From positions 1 to 59,401 of the IMG/VR virus record IMGVR_UViG_3300045988_077504: DNA of 59,401 nucleotides. One strand, 5' to 3'. Under the pieces are notes generated by a model. It made no database searches. It was not told the DNA's origin and saw nothing but the letters and a program-made list of their open reading frames with translations. The DNA is from a virus. Numbering within the stretch: position 1 is the first letter of the stretch; every line of letters starts with the position of its first letter. Positions 43,901 through 52,900 of this stretch are shown piece after piece. The position numbers were made by a program, and so were the translations under genes.

Positions 43901-46900
43901 CGTAAAGCCTTTGTCTGTGACAGATAAAGGTCTTGTGCCTTTCCTGTCTCCATTTCAGGTATCTTATCGCTCACACCTCCTGCATCCTTTGTGCGAACAG
44001 TATCAGACACACTTGACCAAATACGCACGAGTTCAGGCAAGTCAATGTAACCTGCAAAACGGTTATTCTCTTTGAATTTGCCACTGGTGGTAAATTCCAA
44101 CATCTGTTGGATATTACCGAAGTTGCGCACGAAGTCATCAAAGTAGTAGATACCATAGTCTTTCATTGTGTCGGCTGGCATCAGATAACGCATGAAAGTC
44201 CATATCTCTGCTGCTGTATTACTGATAGGAGTACCAGTAGCAAAGATAACATTACGTCCATGGTTCTTTTGCAATACGGCTTGTGTCTTCAAATAAACAC
44301 CTTGCGACTTCTTTGAATACGATGGGTCTACACCCTTAACGCCACGCTGCATAGCTGTAGCAAATCCGAGGTGCTTGTATTCGTGAGCCTCATCAACGAG
44401 TAGGGCGTCAATACCCATATCGTCAAAGTTTTCCGTATCGTCTGTTCTTCGGTCGAGCATTTCACGTGCCTTTACCTCTGTATTCTGCTTAGTAACTGCA
44501 CGCTTCTTCTCATCTTTTGCTGTACGCTTATCTGCGAGTTGTCCAGAGATAGATGCAAGCTCGTCTTCCAACTGTTGGATTTCTTTTTCTGCCTGTCGAG
44601 TAATAGGGTTGCGCTCTGAGTCATCAGCTTCTTTCATTTTTTCAAGAACAAGCATCTTCTCCTCTATCTTGTCTTTAATGAAAGCCATCTGACGCTCTTC
44701 GCTATCAGGAATAAACTCAAAGGTGGATTGAGGAACGACTATCATATCCCAATCGTTGTAACGTATCTTGGCATAGAAATTCTTTCTACCCTCTGCGCTA
44801 CGGTCGCTATCCTCCAATGTGAGTATCTTTGCATTAGGATATAATTGCTTTGCACTGGCAACAAACTGACCAACGGTAGCATTCTGTACTACAATCATAG
44901 GCTTATGGGCTGTTCCCAGTCTGCGCATTTCCATTGCCGTTGAAATGAGAGTAAAGGTCTTACCTGTTCCTACCTCATGGGCAAGCATCAAAGGTTGCAT
45001 AGTGCCACGTACTACCGCCTTTGCCTGATGAGGGCGAAGGGTAATACTGTGTGTTGCACTTCCAAAATGTTCTGGGATATATTCAGAAGGAATATCAACA
45101 GGGACATAGTTATTGAAGAGGTCGTTGTAAACGGCTTCCATTCTTTCGGACATTGCAGGGTCGCTCTGCATCTTATTTCTTGCCCAATCCTTGAAGTCCT
45201 GACGGATTTCATCAATCTTAGATGCACAAGCCTGTGTAGCCTCCTTGTCTGTTATAGTCTCTGTGGAACCATCGTAATGTTTTTGTACCCTTGAAACTGA
45301 AACGGTCTTATTTTGGATAGCAGCCTCGATAAGTTTATGCCCATAGATATACTCATTGAATACCTCACTATGTACACCGCTAGTGCGGTTCTTGTCGTTA
45401 TTCAATCCCCAATCTGGTGCTTTCATGAACCATGTACCACCTGCTGCCGTAAACTTTACGTCAATATCAGTCTTTTCCTTTACAAATTCGTTATAAAGCT
45501 CAGGAGCAATCCATGATGAACCGAGGTTGAATTCAATAAGGTGTGCAGGGATGCTGTTAGGAACTACCTCCTTAAGAGCCTTGATGTTGCCATTATAAGT
45601 TCCATTTTCATTATTAGCCTCTGCCTGTTTCAGTTTTTCTCTGACATTACCGCTAAGGTATTGATAAGAAACGACTACCTGTTTGCTCGTTGGGTCTTCA
45701 AAGCCTAAGCCACAGCTAATGATTTCTTCTTTCACATCGTCCTCACTCATGCTAAGTTGTGTACTGATGTAAGGAATATCAATTTTACCAGTCTTATAAA
45801 TGCTAACAATAATACCGTCTTTTACGTTCTTAGGTTGAGGCTCAACGTCTTTCTCTATAACACGTTTGCCAAACACATCAGTCTTACTGAATTTCTGCAC
45901 ACGCTTTCCATCCTTGTCTCCAGTTTCCTCATATCTTTCAAGTGAGAATACATTAGGATAATCAACATCATTGCGCAAGAAAGCAATAGAAACATTCTTG
46001 TTAAGGTGTCCGTAAGTATTAACAAAGTCATCATAAACCTTGTTGAGTTCGTCAAGTAAAGGCTGTAACCCCTTATCGTCTTCATTCTCCGACTGATAAT
46101 GCAATACATCATCTAAGGCTTTTTTAATAGCAGTATAAGCCTTAAAGCATTCTTCCTTTGTGTGTCCTTTTACCTTATTTGTATTCAAATCAAGTGGAAC
46201 GGCTTGTCCCAGTTGAGCAACACAAAGCTTACCGTCCTTGTTGATAAGCATACTTCCCTCCTTGACATCATCGCCAAGCGCTTCATATACATTGACAGGC
46301 TTTTCCTCTTTCTTTGCCTGTGATTCGTCTTTCATGTGAGCAAAAGAGTTCACGAAATCTTGCAACATCTTCTCTTGTTGCTTATCACTGGTTGGATAAA
46401 GTCCTTTTGAGGTAGCACGATAGGTATCGCCATGCTCGAAAGCAAACTCCATCTTACCTGCCATCATTTCAGGGTGTTCAATGAAATACTTATTATAATC
46501 CATTGACAAATGTTTGATAACAGGAACATACGTGCCTTTTACCTTCTTTTCTTTCCCAGTATTATAATCAACGCTGCGCTCACCTGTTACAGTGCTAACA
46601 TCAATAGCATTAGGAGAAACCTTGCCACCTACACGCTTTCTGATAACAATAATATCAGATGTTACACCAGTACCGCCAAAGGTTTTGTTGTTGAGGCGGA
46701 ATGCTCCGATAATATCGGCATTACCATCGCTAACCAGCCAATCACGCAACTTCTGCGAGCTGTCAAGTGTACCATTTGAAGATATAAAGATGCCGATACC
46801 ACCATCACGCAATTTGCGGACATTCTTTGCAATACAGAAATCGTGAATGTTGTGGAACTTCTTTGACAGGTCGCTATCTCCTGTTGTGTCATTCACACGA

Positions 46901-49900
46901 AGCCCTGTTACAAAAGGCACATTGGTAATAGCTAAATCTACACTACCATTTGGTACTCGTGTTTGCTCAAAACCCTGTATCTCAACATTAGCTTCAGGAT
47001 ATAGAAGTGATAAGATATTGCCAGACGTGCCGTCAATCTCTACGGCTTGTATATGGCTATTATCGCTAATATCCATAGGCATTTGCCCTATAATATTACC
47101 GATACCTGCCGAACCCTCTAAAACATTGCCTCCCTTAAATCCAAGTTGTTTTGCTACGTCCCATAACGTATCAATAACGTAGGCTGGTGTATAATAAGCA
47201 CTATTGGCACTCATTACGGCTTGCTCGTATGCTTCTGCACCTAACATTTGTTGTAGTTTGCGAGAAATAGGTGTACCTATAGAGAAAGCTTTTCCAAGAC
47301 CACCCCAACCACTGAACTTTCTAAGCACACGCATTTTTTCGGGAGTTGCTTTTTCACCACTCTCGACAAGGTCGTTAGCTAACTCAATAGCCTTGATGTT
47401 AGCTTCGATACGTGCATCAACGGATATAGGCGCATAGTCTACACCACGCTCTGCATGGTTGTTGGTTGTGTTTAGTCTCGATAAGCGTCCAGTGGGTCGT
47501 TCATCGCTGCTGCGTTTTTCTGTTGTTCCGCTCTGTACTCCGCTATCTCCTTTTCGCTCAGTCCTGCGTTCTGTAGGATTTGCGTCCAGTTGTTCTGGGT
47601 CAGCTGTCCTGCGCTCAGAAGATTGTCGTTGCGAAACTCCATCATCGCTTTTTCTATTCTCTCTTCGAGTTCTTTGGTTATCTTCATTGTCTTGTGATTT
47701 TGGTTCGCTTTCAGAGAACAGACCTCCAAATAGGTCATTTTCTACATGCGAAGATACGTTATTTTGCTTTTGGTTGCCACTTTTTGGCTGATTTTCTTTT
47801 GTTTTTTCTCCCTTTTCTTCTTCGATAGGTTCTTCGTGGTCGCTAAGTTTAACTTTACCCTCTGATTTGAGTTGCTCCATTAGAGACGCTACGTTTATTT
47901 TCTTCGGAATGTTCGAGGTATCAGCAGGCTTTTCTACCTCTTTTCCTACAGGTTGCTCATCAAAGACATTCTCGGCAAATGCTTGTGCATCTTCAGGAGT
48001 GTTGAATACAAAGCCGTTTACACCTCTGAATGATGAATAATAACCGTCATGTTCCTTTGCAATCTGCTTACGCTGCATATAAACATCTTTATCGCTGCGT
48101 TCCTTACCACGTACAACCCAAATATCAACATCTTTCTTGTTGTTGTGCTGCTTAGTGATAGAGTACACATCGTTATCAACATCGCCAGTCTCTGTTGTCT
48201 GTTTGGCTTCCTCCTGTGCGTTATGCTCAACAGTAGCTTCATTACTAATCTGCTCTGCGGTGTCGAATACAGTAGGCTTTACCTCTTCGCCCTCATTGCC
48301 GATAGTAGCTACATCAAAAGCACTAACATCACTATAAGAGGTCATTTCCTTAGATAGTTCTGCCATCTCTGGTAAATCTCTTGCACCATTGTAGAATGCC
48401 TTTAGGTAAGGTCGAATAGCATCGCCTAAGTCTGCAATCATTCCTTTTGCATACTCACTGAAAGCACGTGCGCCCTTTTCGATATGGTACACAGCCATCT
48501 CTGCACCGATAGCGAGCATTTCAGGGTCTACACCCATATTAAGTTGCCCACGTAGCTTTGCTTTCATGCGCTTTTTCAGCTCCTCATAGCGTTCATCCGT
48601 TACCAGTCTATTCTTGGTCTCTGGCTTCGTTCTCTCGCTGCTCTCAATAGGATGCTCCACCTTAACATCACCCTCTGTTTTCACAGAAGAGTATTCTGCA
48701 AAAGGCTTGGTCTTGCACTTGCTACTGTCTATCCACTTTTTAAACTCTTCTTTGCTAACCTCTGTAATGTTGCCCAGTCCCTGCCAACCATCTTCATAGT
48801 TGGAAAGGTAGGCTTTCTTTGCACTCTCCATGTCGGAGAAGCCATACATTACTTTATGTTCGTCAAAAGAACCGTCTTTGTTCACTTGGTCGATGACGAA
48901 TACATTGCCGGTCTCAGGAGTATCAGAAAGGAAGATGTCGATGTGGTCACCGTCCACGCTCTCAGTGCCACGAATGTAGCCGTAAGTGTTGTGCATTTCG
49001 CTTTCCCACTCTTTACCGTCTGCATCCTTGCCACGTCTGATGCTGCCCTTTGGCTGCTCAATAGTAACGTCCATACCGGCTACCTTGATATGCCCCTTCG
49101 TGTAAATCCCTGCTTCTTTCTGTGCATCTGTAGGATTGATATCAACTTTTGCTTCTTCTGCCTTTCGTGTACGTTTAGCCTTATCTTCTGCTGCAACACG
49201 TTCAGCCATAGCAAACAAATCTTCTCTAACTTCATTGTTTTGAGAAGTTTTGCGCTCTTTTTCTTGCTTTGTATCAGAAGATTGCTTATCTTTGTCGGCA
49301 GAAGTAGTGGGTACATTACCGTTAGGAGAAATAGGAGTGTCGGCTTTATCCTTTTCTCGCAAAGTACTATCAGCAACCGACTGCTTACTCTGCACCTCGG
49401 ACGCAGGCCATACTTCTTTCTTATTTTTTCCGTATCCTTTTCTGAAAACGCCACCACTATTTACACCCCAATACTTACCATCTGTTGATAATTCAATATA
49501 GAGGGTATTGTTATGTTCATCTTCTATTTGTATAAGATAAGTCCCATTTTGCTCACCTAAGCTGTTTTCACCTTGTTTTATCTGCTTGTAATTCTTACAT
49601 ACAAACTCAACAAATTCTTCAACTGTGTCAAATCCTGCACCTCTTATTTGGTCTCCATGTCTCTTTTCAAGATGAATTAAACCATACTTACTATTTCCAA
49701 GACTAAGTTTTATAGGAGCAGGTGTAAGCCCACTTTCCTTTTTTATTTCACCAAATACGGTTGTACCAGTAGATGTCTTTACAAAAGGAGAACCATCTTC
49801 GTCTACTTCATCTGAAATTTTTACTTCTTTGGTCTCTCCCAAATAACCTTGCCTTTCTGCAAGACTTTCCAAGTTTCCTTGTCCTCGGTTTCCTCTACTT

Positions 49901-52900
49901 TCTCTTTCAGTTCCTCCTTGATGGGCTTCTGTCCCATCGCTATTCTCACTTCGTCCTCCTGTTGTAGAGTCTCCAGTGCTTCCTTGTTCCCCTCGTTGGC
50001 TTGTTGTAGTACCGCCAACCAGTACATCGTTTCTTTGTTGTCCATTGTAATCTATGTTTAATACTTCTTTTATCGCTTCCGCCAACGTCCGTGGTGTGTT
50101 GTCTGGCTGCTCAAATAATGTTTCCTCTTGAGTACCTTGAATAAGGTCGTACATCTTGTTGAACGTACCTTGTATAAAGCTCTGATTGTCGCCCTTATAC
50201 ATTGTAACAAGCAACAGCGCAAAGTTACTATATTTCTCCGCAGGAAGATAGCTTTCACCTGTGTTATCGTCAATAGCATACTGACGCTTCCATGACTCAA
50301 CAGCCATTCGAGCATCCTTGTGATTGGTTGCAGCCATAAACTGAGCATCATGCGAAAGCGCATAATAAGCCATAATAGAGTTTTGAAGTTCCTCTATCAT
50401 ACGTTCACTCTGTGGACTATCATAATCTCTATAAGCAGTTGCAAGGATAGCCTTTTGCGCCTTGGCAGGTAAAGCATTGAACATTTCTTCGAGTTGCGTG
50501 CTGCCACCCTCGAAGATGCTCTGATACATTATGCCTTTAAGGTCATTCTTGGCTTCTGCCGTCAAGTTACCTCTGCTATCAAATGCACTCTTATACTGTG
50601 TAGGAGTGATTGAGCCATTGGAGTTCATCCACTTTAGCACATCAACGCCATTGCGGTCTATGAGTTCAGAGAAAGACATATCTTCATCTGTAGAACGTAA
50701 AAGAAGACTTGCAAAATTCTTCATCTTATCGCCCAACTTCTTCACTACATTCTTAGGCTTGATGCGTTCTACACCTCCGCTTTCAGTGTCGCTTGCCACG
50801 AATTGACCCAGTGCAATGGCATCATCATCGTTCACATCAAGCATATTAACGAGTATAGGTTTCTCCATAGCTCTGACCTCATCAGGATTAAGTCCCAATT
50901 CTGCTGCATGGTCTATTAAGTACTGTTTGTATTTCTCGGCTTGGTCTTGATGCGCTGCCCACATCTCTTTCAATGCAGCACTTCTGTTATTACCTTGAAT
51001 AACCTCACCTCGGCTGTTTACCGTTGGCGCACCTGTGTATGCAGTAACAGACGATGTTATTTCCTCGGGACGAATGTTTGAAGCAATCTTACGTGCAGCC
51101 TCCTTACTTGCATCGTCCTTGCGCTCCTTTGGCTGAGCCTCGTCAATGAAGTGTAGTGGGTTACGCTGCCCGTTCTTATGGCTTGGCTGTAATTCATCAG
51201 CGTCAATAAGTGCTACATGTCCAGATGGAATATTCTTATCATCAAACTTTACCTGCACATCTTTTCCTTGTACGGCTGCAAGTGGCTCTTGTCTGTCCAC
51301 CTTATCACCGTTTACACGTCTGTAACCTCTTGCACGTGCATCACTCGCCTTGTCTTCCACAAAATCAGGAACACCGTTCAATGCTTCACGCTTCTGTCGC
51401 TCAGCTTCCTCACGCTCTGCACGCTCCTTATCCTCCTGCTCCTTGCGAAGACGTGTAGCTTCTCCCGCTTTACGGTTCTCTTCTGCATGAATAGCAGCTT
51501 GACGCATACGATTGGTTGATGCAATCTTCTTCCAATGTGCAAGAGTTTGCTTCGCCTGTTCTATGGCTGCACTGCGTTCTTTCTCGGCTGCAATCTTCTC
51601 GGCAATGGTTGTGCCACCCTTTGTCTTGGCTTTCCCTGCCTTTTTAACGGCAGCCTCCATGTCGGCTACCATATCATCGGCAACCGTCTGCGCCATTGCT
51701 TCATCGCCTCCAGTCTGCTCTACAATAGCATCCCATGCTGTCTCAGGTTCTGCCTGTTCATATATAGGCTGTCCTTGCTCGTCTTTTGGAATACGCTCAA
51801 AGGCTGATAGGGATTGCTGAGGATTTTCCGCACTTTCTACACTTTCGGTTTGTGCTAGTTCGCCCTCAAATTCATTGTTGGACGTCTGCGGTGTTTCCTC
51901 CTTTGTCTGAACATCAGGATTGAGTGCATCAAGTTCTTCTGCGCTGAACAGATTAACCTTTTTGCCATTGATTGGCTCTTCTGTGTAAACCTCAAACTTT
52001 CCGTCTTCGTTTTGGTCTGCCGTGATGCTTCCACGTACTGGCATTCCCTCTTCATTAGTGAGCGTTACCTCATCGTTGAGGCTGTACGTGTTGGAATGCT
52101 GGCTTTCTGCCGCCTTTGCCTCCTCACGCTGTTTCAACGACTGACTTAAACGCAACATATTATCACCATCACTCATCTCCTGCACCTGCGCCTTGGGCAA
52201 CATTGTAGGCTGCTGTGAACCGTCTACACTTACCATTACCATATTTGGTATTGGCTGACCTGTCTTTTCATCAACTGCATCGCCTATTACCTGTAATGTA
52301 TGCTGCGAGTTGTCTTCTCCAATAACTGAATAGGTGTCTCCAACATTGAACTCAAGTGTTCCGTCAATCTTATTTGCTTCCTGCTGTGCATAAGTCTGAC
52401 GTATGCTTTCCGCTGCATTAGCTTTCTCTTCTTCTGCGTTGGTAGCCTCATCAACAGATAAGATTGCAGCAGGTGCTACCATTTCTGTTTTTCCAGTTTC
52501 GGCATCACGTACCATAATACTTTCACTTGATTTAGCATGATCAATGCCTGTTCCGTCATCATTCATCTGTGCATAACCACCAACAACATACACCTTTCGG
52601 TTATCCACCTTCATAGTGGCAGGATAGATATTGCCATCTTCGTGTGTATGGTTATCAATAGCCATATCGCTTGCCTTAATTGCATCGTCGATGTTGTCCT
52701 TAACCTGACTAATCATACCATTGTATGCAGATTTGGCGTTTAGGTAGTCAATTGCAGCTTGCTTCTGTTTATCGTTGAGGTTCTCCTTATTATCAAGGAA
52801 GTCATCAACGCTATAACCTGAGACATCTTCTGTGCCTAATGCTTCGCTTAACTGTTGTTCAGTATACTCATAGCGTGTCTTGATGTCATTCTTCTGTTCA

